The notes under the pieces are model-generated. The model had not been told where the DNA came from. It saw only the letters and a program-made list of their open reading frames with translations, and did no database searches. Shown piece by piece: positions 41,018 to 50,068 of a stretch of DNA of 64,000 bases. Origin of the DNA: an uncultured Gemmatimonadales bacterium (GTDB taxonomy: Bacteria > Gemmatimonadota > Gemmatimonadetes > Longimicrobiales > RSA9); NCBI GenBank assembly GCA_963708135.1, contig OY970192.1, positions 1,600,001-1,664,000 of the forward strand. Direction: 5' to 3'. Position 1 is the stretch's first letter; every line of letters starts with the position of its first letter. The position numbers and the translations under genes were made by a program.

Positions 41018-42565
41018 TCAGCCAGCGGTCCAGCTCCCGCCCCTGGCGCGTCCCTCCATCTCGCGTTCCGCCTCGAGGCTCTCGAGATCCCGGTAGATCG
41101 TCGCGACCGCGATCCTGCGCCCGTCCTTGACATAGTTGACCGTGCAGTCGCGTGCCGCCGGGTCGCCCTCCACGAGGGCCTCGTCCCAGCCAGGCGCGTG
41201 TCCCACGTAGTTGATGGGCACGTCGTAGTGCTGGCTCCAGAAGAACGGCACGTCGCTGAAGCCGCTGCCCCGGCCGACCATGTCCGCCGCCGCCGCGGCA
41301 CCCTGCCGCTGTGCCACCACCCAGTGCTCGATGCGTGCGCTCTCGCCACTGACCGGGTCCGGGTAGCGCGCGATGTCGCCGGCCGCCCAGATACCGGGGA
41401 CGCTCGTGCGCAGCCGACCATCGACCCTCACGCCATCCGCGACCTCCAGCCCGGCCGCCCGCGCCAGCTCCACGACGGGACGGACGCCGATCCCCACCAC
41501 GATGAGATCCGCGGCGAGCGACGTGCCGTCGTCCAGCTCCACGCCGCTCCCGCCCACGCGCCCCACCGTGCGGCCGAGCTGGAAGCGGACCCCGTGCTCC
41601 TCGTGCAGCGAGCGGATGGCCGCGCCCAGCGCCCGCCCCAGCACGTGCTCGAGCGGGACCTCCTCCGGCGCGACCACGTCCACTTCCAGCCCCCGTGCGC
41701 GCAGCGACGCCGCCACCTCGAGCCCGATGAAGCTGGCCCCCACCACCACGGCGCGCCGCGCCCGCTCCGCCGCGGCGATGATCGCGCGGCTGTCCGCCAG
41801 GGAGCGGAGGTAGTGCACGCGGGGATCGTCCGCGCCGGGCGCCGGCAGGCGCACGGGCGCGGCGCCCGTGGCGAGCAGCAGCGCGTCGTACTCGAGCACC
41901 CCCCCACCTGCCAGACGCACCCGCCTCGCCTCCGGCTCCACCGCCTCCGCCGCCGAACGGTGCACCCTCACACCGTGCTCCTCGTACCAGCCCTCCGGGC
42001 GCAGGGGAATCCACTCCTCCGGCGCGCTCCCGGCCAGGTAGTCCTTCGAGAGGTTCGGCCGATCGTAGGGCGCCGACGGCTCCGGCTCGACCACGTCGAT
42101 GCGCCCGCCCCAGCCGTGCCGCAAGAGCGCCTCGACCGCCGCGGAGCCCGCCGCCCCGAAGCCCACGACCACCACGCGCTCCACGGGCTCCGCGGCGCCG
42201 GCGGCGCGCGGCCGGTAGGTCGCGGGCTCCAGCTTCTCTGCCAACCGGACGGTGTCTCCCTCACGCACCACCCGCCAGGTCGGCACCGGGTTCAGCGCCG
42301 GGGCGCGCAGGCTCTCTCCCGTTCGCAGCGAGAAGCACGCGTGATGCCACGGGCAGCGCACCGTGCCCTCCCCCACCAGCCCCTCGCCCAGCGGACCGCC
42401 GTAATGGGTGCACGTGCCACCCACCGCGGTCACCTCGTCCCCCTCGCGGTAGAGCAGGACCGCCTCCCCTCCCGCGTGCCCCACGAGGATCCCACCATCC
42501 GGGATCTCGGCGAACGCCACGCCCGCGGTCAGGTCCGGTCCGCTCGCCCCGGTCGTCTCTGCCAT
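41018..42565 (-). CDS. Rieske [2Fe-2S] plus FAD-dependent ferredoxin reductase fusion (AIF-like)
   Basis: AGGAGG RBS. CTHYG...CPWH Rieske, GFGAAG, YDRPNLSK, GASFIGLE, WAAGD, RIEHW, PFFWS. Confidence 0.93.
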   Translation of the reverse strand: MAETTGASGPDLTAGVAFAEIPDGGILVGHAGGEAVLLYREGDEVTAVGGTCTHYGGPLGEGLVGEGTVRCPWHHACFSLRTGESLRAPALNPVPTWRVVREGDTVRLAEKLEPATYRPRAAGAAEPVERVVVVGFGAAGSAAVEALLRHGWGGRIDVVEPEPSAPYDRPNLSKDYLAGSAPEEWIPLRPEGWYEEHGVRVHRSAAEAVEPEARRVRLAGGGVLEYDALLLATGAAPVRLPAPGADDPRVHYLRSLADSRAIIAAAERARRAVVVGASFIGLEVAASLRARGLEVDVVAPEEVPLEHVLGRALGAAIRSLHEEHGVRFQLGRTVGRVGGSGVELDDGTSLAADLIVVGIGVRPVVELARAAGLEVADGVRVDGRLRTSVPGIWAAGDIARYPDPVSGESARIEHWVVAQRQGAAAAADMVGRGSGFSDVPFFWSQHYDVPINYVGHAPGWDEALVEGDPAARDCTVNYVKDGRRIAVATIYRDLESLEAEREMEGRARGGSWTAG

Positions 42566-42699
42566 GCCTTCGCCTCCTGGTCGGAACGTCCTCGCACTGA
42601 TACCAGAAGGAAAAGACAGGGTGGCCGCGTGGAGTGCCCGGCGGCCAACGCCGGCGCGCCCCCGCCAGGGTAGCGTGTGGCACCGCGGGGAGGCGCCCG

Positions 42700-42934
42700 G
42701 CTGCGTCATCGTGCTGTCGAAGTCCGGCTCGAGCAGCGCCACCTGACCGCCGGGCCGCAGGACCCTGGCCATCTCGGCGATCGCCGCCGCCGGCCGCGGG
42801 AGGTGCAGCAACGCCGGCGAGCAGAGCGCCCGATCGAGGGAGGCGTCGGAATGCCCACCACGGTCAGACCCTGTGCGCTCGCGGCCCCGTCAGCTCGTGC
42901 TCTGCAGGTACGTGTGCCCGCTCGTGGGGTCCAT
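42700..42934 (-). pseudogene. Deleted class I SAM-dependent methyltransferase remnant
   Basis: GGAGGTG RBS and ATG at 42934, in-frame TGA at codon 15, then DASLD...LLHLP.P..AIAEMARVLRPGGQVALLEPD. Motif I is missing. Confidence 0.65.
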
Positions 42935-43111
42935 CTTCACCTCCCACCGCGCAGACGCTCGCCGCTTCATCCGTGCTGCCGGTGCCGGTGTACTTGGCCA
43001 AGGGTGGCGTCGGCGAAAGCGCCGCCGCGGGCTGGCCCGCTGGGCTGACGGGCGCGCGCCGGCATCCAACCTGCGGTGACACCCAAAAGAACTCGATCAC
43101 GGAGACGGAGA

Positions 43112-43483
43112 ATGAAACTAGCCGCAATCCGCTGGCTCGCGCTGCTCGGGCTCGCCGCCCTGTGCGCCGGCTGCTTCGGTTTTCTGGGGGGCGGGCCCAA
43201 GATGCACGCAGCGGTGCTCGTTTCCAACGACCTGGTCCCGCCGGCCCGTATGACCATCGAGCTGCGAAAGGACGGGAAGAAGAAGGCGACGTTGGGCGAC
43301 GTGTCCCCCGGCGACACTCGGACGCTGACATATTCCTCCGGGGACCTGTCCGGCTCGTACCAGCTCGTGGCCCGTCAGGTCAGCGGCGCCGCGTTGACCT
43401 CGCGCAATTTCGCGCTGTTCGACAACGCCCGGATCCGGTGGGAGCTCCGCGGCAACGACCTGTCCGTGCTGCAGGGACAGTGA
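43112..43483 (+). CDS. Small hypothetical lipoprotein
   Basis: GGAG RBS, signal peptide with LCAGC lipobox, beta-rich body. Confidence 0.75.
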   Translation: MKLAAIRWLALLGLAALCAGCFGFLGGGPKMHAAVLVSNDLVPPARMTIELRKDGKKKATLGDVSPGDTRTLTYSSGDLSGSYQLVARQVSGAALTSRNFALFDNARIRWELRGNDLSVLQGQ

Positions 43484-43663
43484 AGGGCCGCGGCGGGTGC
43501 CGCGGCCATTGTATCCCCGGTACCCGCAGCGCCGCTCCGTGATCGGTCGAGTAGCTCACTTGAAAACTCCTGCGCGTGCTCGTCGTATACGTCCCGACCC
43601 GCCGCCCGGCTGTGATGGAAGGCGACCTCGGCCCGCGCATGATCGACTCGGCGCGGAGGACGC

Positions 43664-44075
43664 ATGGCTGAGCTCCAGGCTTCGTCTGCTCGGCCGCGTC
43701 CAGCTCTCGGCGCACGAGAGTGGCGGCGAACGTCTGATCGCGTTGGCGCCCAAGCCGCTGGCGCTGCTGGTGGACCTCGCCGCGGCGGGCGCGGATGGCC
43801 GGGCGATCCGGCGCGACACACTGCTCGCCCTCTTCTGGCCCGAGCTGCCGACCGCTCGGCCTCGCGCCGTCCTGCGCCAGTTGCTGTTTCATCTGCGCCG
43901 GGCGCTGGGCGCCGCTGCGCTCCGCACGGATCGGCAGAGCATCGCGTTGGCGCACGACGCGCTGTCGTACGATGTGGTCGCCTTCGAGCAGGCACTGGCG
44001 AGGGACTCGACCGCTACTACGCGGACGACGCACACGAGAGCGCCCGGCTGATGAACGCGGCGCTTGCGGAGGACA
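43664..44075 (+). pseudogene. SARP/BTAD-family regulator remnant (frameshifted, internally deleted)
   Basis: GGAGGA RBS and MAELQ, then an extra base and LRLLG...KPLALL...[12 protein letters not shown]...[13 protein letters not shown]...DVVAFE. It then jumps to a downstream helical segment in another frame. Confidence 0.75.
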
Positions 44076-44079
44076 GATC

Positions 44080-44192
44080 GTGCCCCCGGCCTCGAGCAGC
44101 AGCACGCGTACGCTTCGGTCTTCCGACAGACGCGCTGCCACCACACAGCCGGCGGACCCGGCGCCGACGACCACGTAGTCGAACGTCTCCAA
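44080..44192 (-). pseudogene. GMC oxidoreductase N-terminal remnant
   Basis: [34 protein letters not shown], after which similarity ends abruptly. Confidence 0.85.
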
Positions 44193-44350
44193 TCTCTTGT
44201 CTCCGGAGCGTGGAGGGGATGGCAGTCGCGAAGTCCTGAGCGAGCGACGGCGCCGTCTGCATGGGTGCGATCATGTCCTCGGCGCGCCCGGCCCGCACAA
44301 GGTAGCACGCACAGCACTGTTGCGCGCTCCGCCGATGGACAGGAGCGCAC

Positions 44351-44420
44351 GCGCGACGCTCCGCTCGCGCGACGCTCCGCTCGCGCGACGCTCCGCCCGC
44401 GCGACGCTCCGCCCGCGCGA
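44351..44420. repeat. 16-bp tandem repeat, about 4.4 copies
   Basis: GCGCGACGCTCCGCTC x2, GCGCGACGCTCCGCCC x2, then GCGCGA. Confidence 0.92.
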
Positions 44421-44430
44421 GGCGGAGCGC

Positions 44431-45462
44431 CTACCGGGCGACGAGCTCGACCCGTCGATTCCTGGCGCGGCCCTGTTCCGTGGCGTTGGATGCGACGGGC
44501 GCGAGCGGGCCGACGCCCCACGGCGAGAGGCGACGGGCGTCAACGCCGTAGTGCGCGACCAGGGCATCGACGACCGCGCGGGCGCGAGCTTCCGACAGCG
44601 CGCGGTTCCTCTCGACGGTTCCGGTGTTGTCGGTGTGGCCGACGACGAACAGGCGGAGGTCCGGCTGCTGGCGAAGCAGTTCGCCGATCTGCATGAGCAC
44701 CGGCCCGGACGCGGGTTTGAGGTCGGCGCGGTCGGTGTCGAAGTAGATGCCGTAGACGGAGACGCTGCCCTTCGCGTTGATGTCGCGCGCCATCGCGGCG
44801 GCATCGGCGGTGACCAGATCCTCCTCCATCGGCTTGACCTCCACGATGTCGAGTTGCGTCAACGGCTTCTTCAGGTTGAGCACGAGCAGCGAGACGTACA
44901 CATCGCCATCGGGTCCATGCAGACGCCCGGCGAGGTAGCGCTGCCCCTCATACACGGGGCCGGAGAGGTTCATTCCGGCCCGGTGCATGATCCCTTTCGC
45001 GAACGTGTTCAGATAGTCACCGCACAGTCTGCAGGCGGGCGGAGGCGCCTTGCCGGCACATTCGCGGCCGGCGCACTGGAAGATCGCCTCGAGGCGCGCG
45101 CCCTTCAGCGCACGCTCGTAACTCCTGAGGATCTCGAGCGTGGTGCTGTTCTGCGGCGCCTCGTAGGTGATCATCGTCAGCCGGCCCTCCACGGGCCGGC
45201 TGTTGCGACCGTCGATCACAGCCGCCACGGGCTCTGCCCTGATGCCGCTCCTGTAGCCGTTGATCGGCTTCGTCACGAGGCGATACTGGTCGAAGTCGGA
45301 GGATCGATACTTGACGATCCTGCTTCCCTGGAAGCGGGACACGAGCGGGTGGTCGCTCGAGCCCGCGACGTCCTGGGCGTGCGTGGCGACCGGTGGAGCG
45401 AGGAGCAGCGCGAGGCCGAATACGACGCCGGAGCTGCGCGAGGGGATGCGGGGACGCGGCAT
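44431..45462 (-). CDS. OmpA-family protein with N-terminal DUF4892-like domain
   Basis: Signal peptide, DVAGSSDHPLVSRF.GS.I, IYFDTD, VGHTD, N.ALSEARA, NRRVELV. Confidence 0.9.
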   Translation of the reverse strand: MPRPRIPSRSSGVVFGLALLLAPPVATHAQDVAGSSDHPLVSRFQGSRIVKYRSSDFDQYRLVTKPINGYRSGIRAEPVAAVIDGRNSRPVEGRLTMITYEAPQNSTTLEILRSYERALKGARLEAIFQCAGRECAGKAPPPACRLCGDYLNTFAKGIMHRAGMNLSGPVYEGQRYLAGRLHGPDGDVYVSLLVLNLKKPLTQLDIVEVKPMEEDLVTADAAAMARDINAKGSVSVYGIYFDTDRADLKPASGPVLMQIGELLRQQPDLRLFVVGHTDNTGTVERNRALSEARARAVVDALVAHYGVDARRLSPWGVGPLAPVASNATEQGRARNRRVELVAR

Positions 45463-45689
45463 GACCTGAACCTCCTGGCAGAGGGTGAGCCGGCGGGAGG
45501 AAGGCACCAGAAGCAGCATCGTGCGGATCTTGCCATGGTACGTCCGGGACGGCGGGTCCCGCAAGCGACCCGTCCGCGGCCCGGTGGCGGACGGTCGGTC
45601 CGGTGCCTGCAAAACCGGTGTCGGGGGGGACACCACGGGGCACTACGGGTGAGGGAACTGCGGGGCCACCGCTGCGGCCCTACCACCCG

Positions 45690-45721
45690 CGGGAGTGGGA
45701 GAGCGCGCTCTCCCACTCCCG
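45690..45721. terminator. Perfect 32-bp palindrome immediately after the stop of 45727..46155
   Basis: CGGGAGTGGGAGAGCG/CGCTCTCCCACTCCCG. No U-tract. Confidence 0.6.
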
Positions 45722-45726
45722 GGCAT

Positions 45727-46155
45727 TCAGCCGATCATCTTGCCGAGCCGGTAGGCGGCCCACATGGCCACGCCGAGGCTCAGGAAGGGGTGCTGCCGGA
45801 TGGTGCCCTGGAGGCCGTTGCGCATCGCGGAGACGTCGTGGCTGCGCAGGTAGCCGGCGCCGCTCTCGAGCACATCGCTGCCACCGCGCACGACGTTGGC
45901 GGCGGCGCGGCCGACGAAGTTGCCCTGGCTCTCCATCCGGGTGGCACGCCGCTCGAGCTCGTCGCCCAGGTTCTCGATGCGTCCGGCCACGCGACTCTTG
46001 CCCGATTCGACCACGTCGTTGGCGTGGCTCTTCAGGCGTGAGCCGAGGCCGTTGCCATCGCCGGCGTGGCGGTGGTGGACGGTGGTGCCGGGGTCCTGTG
46101 ACCCCATCTCCATGCGGCTCGGCCGGATGGTCTCGGCGCTGCGATCCTCGGTCAT
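45727..46155 (-). CDS. Hypothetical tail-anchored protein (ElaB/YqjD-like C-terminus)
   Basis: AGGAG RBS, helical body, IRQHPFLSLGVA...GKMIG tail. Confidence 0.7.
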   Translation of the reverse strand: MTEDRSAETIRPSRMEMGSQDPGTTVHHRHAGDGNGLGSRLKSHANDVVESGKSRVAGRIENLGDELERRATRMESQGNFVGRAAANVVRGGSDVLESGAGYLRSHDVSAMRNGLQGTIRQHPFLSLGVAMWAAYRLGKMIG

Positions 46156-46275
46156 CTGGCTGCTCCTGCTCGAGGTGAAGCTCGCGCGCCCGCACGGCGC
46201 GCTCCCCGGACTGCATCGGAGCAAGAGACGTACCTCGGACGCCCCCGGGCGGCCACACCGCAAACCCGTGCGGCC

Positions 46276-46518
46276 TCACACGATGCGATGTCCTTCGAGG
46301 TCGAAGACGGAGAGCGCGTCGGAGGGGCAGACGTCGCAGGCCACGACAAGGCGGTCGCGCGGCGGCTCCGCGAGGTCCGCGCGGAAGCGGCACACCCCGT
46401 TCTCGTCCAGCTCGAAGACCTCGGGCGCCATGTCGATGCAGTCGCCGTACGCCAGGCAGGCGCGGCGATCGATGCGCACCACGAGGTCGCCTATGCGACG
46501 CTCCAGCGTCGGCTCCAT
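46276..46518 (-). CDS. Single-cluster ferredoxin (3Fe-4S type)
   Basis: RIDRRACLAYGDC...APEVFELD...ACDVCP. GGAGG RBS. Confidence 0.88.
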   Translation of the reverse strand: MEPTLERRIGDLVVRIDRRACLAYGDCIDMAPEVFELDENGVCRFRADLAEPPRDRLVVACDVCPSDALSVFDLEGHRIV

Positions 46519-46581
46519 CGGGTTTCCTCCCTCCGCTCCAGCGGGCACGCCGCGGCCGTCCGGCCGGGGCTTCCCGCCGCA

Positions 46582-46610
46582 TTGTTGGCCGTTTTCGGCC
46601 GCTGTATACT
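46582..46610 (+). promoter_or_regulatory. Sigma70 promoter of the DAK2-DegV gene
   Basis: TTGTTG-17 nt-TATACT, 9 nt before the ATG. Confidence 0.65.
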
Positions 46611-46619
46611 ACCCTGCGT

Positions 46620-48452
46620 ATGCGGATCAAGTACGTGGATGGCCCCCGGCTCCGACGCGCCCTCCTGGCCGCCTGCGAGTACGCACAGCAGCGGCGGCTC
46701 GAGCTGAACCGGATCAACGTCTTCCCCGTTCCGGATGGCGACACCGGGACCAACCTCTCGCTGACGCTGGGCTCGATCTCCGACCGACTGCGCTGGAACC
46801 GGGAGGAGTCGGTTTCCGCGGTGGCACGCGAGGTGGCGGAGGCCGGTGTGCTGGGCGCCCGCGGCAACTGCGGGATGATCCTCTCGCACTTCCTCCTCGG
46901 GTTCTCGAACAGCGTGGACGGGCGGCGGCGGCTGGGGGCGGCAGACTTCGCGCGGGCGCTGCGCGACGCCGTCGAGCATGTCTACCGCGCGCTCGAGAAG
47001 CCGGTCGAAGGCACCATCGTCACGGTCATGCGGGAGACGGCCGAGGCGGCAGAGGCGCACGAGACGCGCGACTTCGCGGAGCTGCTCGAGGTGCTGCTGG
47101 AGCGGGCACAGGAGGCGCTCGAGCGAACGCCGGAGCTGCTCCCCGCGCTGCGCGCCGCGGGAGTGGTGGACGCGGGCGCGAAGGGGTTCGTCCACCTGCT
47201 CGAGGGGGTCGTCGGCTACATCCACGGCGAGCCCTTCGTGACGCTGGACGCCTGGGCGGCGTTCATGCCGGAGCCGGCGGCCGCGCAGGCGACGGCCGCG
47301 GCGGGACGCGTGGAGCTGGGCGCGGATTCGGAGCGCTACCGCTTCTGCACGGAGGTGCTCGTGCGGGGCGGCGCCCTGCCGGATGAGCGGGCGCTGCGCG
47401 AGCGGCTGCACGGCCGGGGCGACTCGCTGCTCGTGATCCGCACGGGCGATCTGCTCAAGGTTCACATCCATACGGACGATCCGGAGGCGCTCGTCTCGGA
47501 GCTCGGCTCGCACGGCCGGCTGGTGGCGCACAAGGCGGAGGACATGCGCGCGCAGCACGAGGCGATCCGGCGCTCGGCGGGCGCGCACGCTCGGCTGGCG
47601 CGGCGGGCGGTGGCGGTGCTCGCGGACAGCGGCTGCAACCTGCCGGACGAGGTGATCCGGGCGCACGGGATCCACGTGGTGCCGCTCTCGCTCATCTTCG
47701 AGGACCGGGTCTACCGCGACCGGGTGGACATGTCGGCCGAGGACTTCGCGCGCCGGCTGGTGGCCGGCGAGCACGGCACGACGTCGCAGCCGGCGCCGGC
47801 GGCGTTCCTGGAGGCGTATCGCGAGGCCGCGCTCGACGGCGAGAGCGTGGTGGGCGTGCTGCTCGGCTCGGCGCTCTCCGGCACCTACGCGTCGGCGGAG
47901 GCGGCGGCACGCGGCTTCGAGGCCGCGCCCGTCCGGCTGGTGGACTCGCGCGCCGTGTCGCTCTCGCAGGGGCTGCTCACGCTGCTGGCGGCCGAGCTGG
48001 CCGAGGCGGGGCGTGACGCCGAGGCCATCGCCGCGGAGCTGGACCGGGTGCGCGGGCGCTCGGGGTTCGTCTTCACGGTGGACGTGTTCGACAACCTGCT
48101 GCGCTCCGGCCGCGTCGGGCGGGGCAGGGTCTGGCTCGCGGGGCTGCTCGACATCAAGCCGATCCTGGGTCTCGACGCGGACGGGAAGGTGGTCCCGATC
48201 GCGCGGGCGCGCGGGCGGGCGACGGTGCTTCCCCGGCTGCTGGCGGTGCTCGAGGAGAGGATCCCGCGCAACCCGCGCCGGCTCCGCTTCGGCATCGTGC
48301 ACGTGGCGCGCGAGTCGATCGTGGCGGAGATCGCCGCGGCGCTCCGGGAGCGCTGGGGCGAGCGCGAGATCATCAGCGCGCCCGCGAGCCCCGTCATCGC
48401 GACGCACGCCGGTCCGGGCGCCTTCGGCGTGGCCTATCAGGTCGAGGACTAG
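46620..48452 (+). CDS. DAK2 (FakA-like) plus DegV (FakB-like) fusion, putative fatty acid kinase
   Basis: INVFPVPDGDTGTN, GARGN, PVEGT, VVDAG, KVHIHT, then DS..LP, TTSQP, LSGTY, SGR, HAGPG. Confidence 0.92.
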   Translation: MRIKYVDGPRLRRALLAACEYAQQRRLELNRINVFPVPDGDTGTNLSLTLGSISDRLRWNREESVSAVAREVAEAGVLGARGNCGMILSHFLLGFSNSVDGRRRLGAADFARALRDAVEHVYRALEKPVEGTIVTVMRETAEAAEAHETRDFAELLEVLLERAQEALERTPELLPALRAAGVVDAGAKGFVHLLEGVVGYIHGEPFVTLDAWAAFMPEPAAAQATAAAGRVELGADSERYRFCTEVLVRGGALPDERALRERLHGRGDSLLVIRTGDLLKVHIHTDDPEALVSELGSHGRLVAHKAEDMRAQHEAIRRSAGAHARLARRAVAVLADSGCNLPDEVIRAHGIHVVPLSLIFEDRVYRDRVDMSAEDFARRLVAGEHGTTSQPAPAAFLEAYREAALDGESVVGVLLGSALSGTYASAEAAARGFEAAPVRLVDSRAVSLSQGLLTLLAAELAEAGRDAEAIAAELDRVRGRSGFVFTVDVFDNLLRSGRVGRGRVWLAGLLDIKPILGLDADGKVVPIARARGRATVLPRLLAVLEERIPRNPRRLRFGIVHVARESIVAEIAAALRERWGEREIISAPASPVIATHAGPGAFGVAYQVED

Positions 48453-48462
48453 AGCGGCCTGG

Positions 48463-48849
48463 CTAGCCGACCACGGCGATGGTGTCGATCTCGACCCGCA
48501 CGTTCCTGGGCAGTCCCGCGGCCTGAACGGTCGAGCGCGCCGGCTTGTGGTCGGCGAAGTGGCGGGCGTAGACCTCGTTCATGGCGGCGAAGTCGGCCAT
48601 GTCGGCCAGGAAGACCGTCGTCTTCACGACGCGGTCGAGGCCCGAGCCGGCGGCTTCGAGGACGGCGCGGACGTTGTTCAGCACGCGCTCCGTCTGCGCG
48701 GTCACATCGCCTTCCTCGATCCGGCCGGTGGCGGGATCGAGCGCGATCTGCCCGGCCGTGTAGACCATCCCTGCGGCGACGATCGCCTGGCTGTACGGCC
48801 CGATCGCCGCCGGCGCCGAATCCGTCTCCACCCGCTCGAGCTGCGCCAT
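48463..48849 (-). CDS. ridA: RidA family enamine/imine deaminase
   Basis: APAAIGPYSQA, AGQI, VVKTTVFL, PARS, VEI. Confidence 0.95.
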   Translation of the reverse strand: MAQLERVETDSAPAAIGPYSQAIVAAGMVYTAGQIALDPATGRIEEGDVTAQTERVLNNVRAVLEAAGSGLDRVVKTTVFLADMADFAAMNEVYARHFADHKPARSTVQAAGLPRNVRVEIDTIAVVG

Positions 48850-48940
48850 CCTGCTTCCCTCCCCCTCTCGAGTGGACCGGCCGTGCTCCGGCCGGCTGCA
48901 GCGCGGAAGCGGAACCGCTCCGCCGCCGCGCGTCGCTCCA

Positions 48941-49963
48941 TCAGATGCCGTGGGGCTCTCCGGCCAGCGCGCGCACCGTGGCGCGCAGCTCCTCCGGCGA
49001 GACCGTGGCCACGCCCGCCTTGCCGACCTCGATCCCGGCCGCGTGGTTGGCGAGCAGCGCCGCCTCGGTCACGTCGGCGCCGGCCGCCAGAGCCACGGCC
49101 ACGGCGGCGGTCACGGTGTCGCCCGCGCCGGAAACGTCGTAGACGGAGCGGGCCAGCGTGGGAATCCGGATGAAGGCGCCCTCCTCCGTCGCCAGCGCCA
49201 TTCCATCCTCGCCCAGGGTGACCATGAGGTGGGTGCAGTCGAGGTGGCGGCGCGTGCGCTCGAGCCACGCTGGCTCATCGGGCAGGACGGGCGCCCGCAG
49301 CGCGTCCTGCAGCTCGGCGCGGTTCGGCTTGAAGACGGTCGCGCCGCGGTAGTCGAAGAAGTGGCGCGCCTTGGGATCGACGACCACCGGGATGCCGCGG
49401 CGCCGGGCCGCATCGAGGGCGGCCTCGATGACCACGGGCACGAGCACCCCCTTGTCGTAGTCCTCCAGCACGACGGCATCGGCGTCGGCGGCCAGCCGCT
49501 CCACGGCGGCGGCGAGCAGCGCGGCGGAGGCCGCATCCACGTCGTCCTCGACCTCGCGATCGTAGCGGGCGACCTGGTGCTGGCGGGTGAGGACGCGGGT
49601 CTTCACGGTCGTGGGCCGGCCCTCGACGGCGAGCAGGCCGGCAACCTCGATGCCGGCCGCGGCGAGGGCGTCGCGCAGGTCGCGCCCCGGGGACTCGGTG
49701 CCGACTGCGCCGACCAGGGCGCAGGAGGCACCGAGCGCCACGACGTTCATGGCGACGTTGGCCGCGCCACCGACCGCGCGCCACTCCTCGAGCACGCGCA
49801 CGACGGGGACGGGCGCCTCGGGCGAGACGCGGGAGACGGAGCCGCGCAGGTAGACGTCGAGCATGAGGTCGCCCACGACCAGAATGCGCGTCCGGGCGCC
49901 CCGCTCCAGGAGCGTCTCCAGACGCGCGGGCGTCAGGCGGTTCACACCGGTCGTCTGCGGCAC
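48941..49963 (-). CDS. rfaE1: D-glycero-D-manno-heptose-7-phosphate kinase (RfaE1/HldA)
   Basis: VVGDLMLD, SPEAPVPVV, GGAANVA, DYDKG, VDPK, KPN, YDVSGAGDTV. Confidence 0.92.
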   Translation of the reverse strand: MPQTTGVNRLTPARLETLLERGARTRILVVGDLMLDVYLRGSVSRVSPEAPVPVVRVLEEWRAVGGAANVAMNVVALGASCALVGAVGTESPGRDLRDALAAAGIEVAGLLAVEGRPTTVKTRVLTRQHQVARYDREVEDDVDAASAALLAAAVERLAADADAVVLEDYDKGVLVPVVIEAALDAARRRGIPVVVDPKARHFFDYRGATVFKPNRAELQDALRAPVLPDEPAWLERTRRHLDCTHLMVTLGEDGMALATEEGAFIRIPTLARSVYDVSGAGDTVTAAVAVALAAGADVTEAALLANHAAGIEVGKAGVATVSPEELRATVRALAGEPHGI

Positions 49964-50068
49964 GGAACTTGTGTCCCTCGGGGCGCGCCGAATGGGGAAT
50001 CGGGGGGCCGAAGCTATCGCCCTCCGGCCGGATTGTAAAGCCGAGCGATCCAGTTACTTAGGAGGCCG

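Noticed and set aside
44351..44420. Repeat array as a possible CRISPR
   Set aside because: Units are directly tandem with no spacers, and no cas genes are present.
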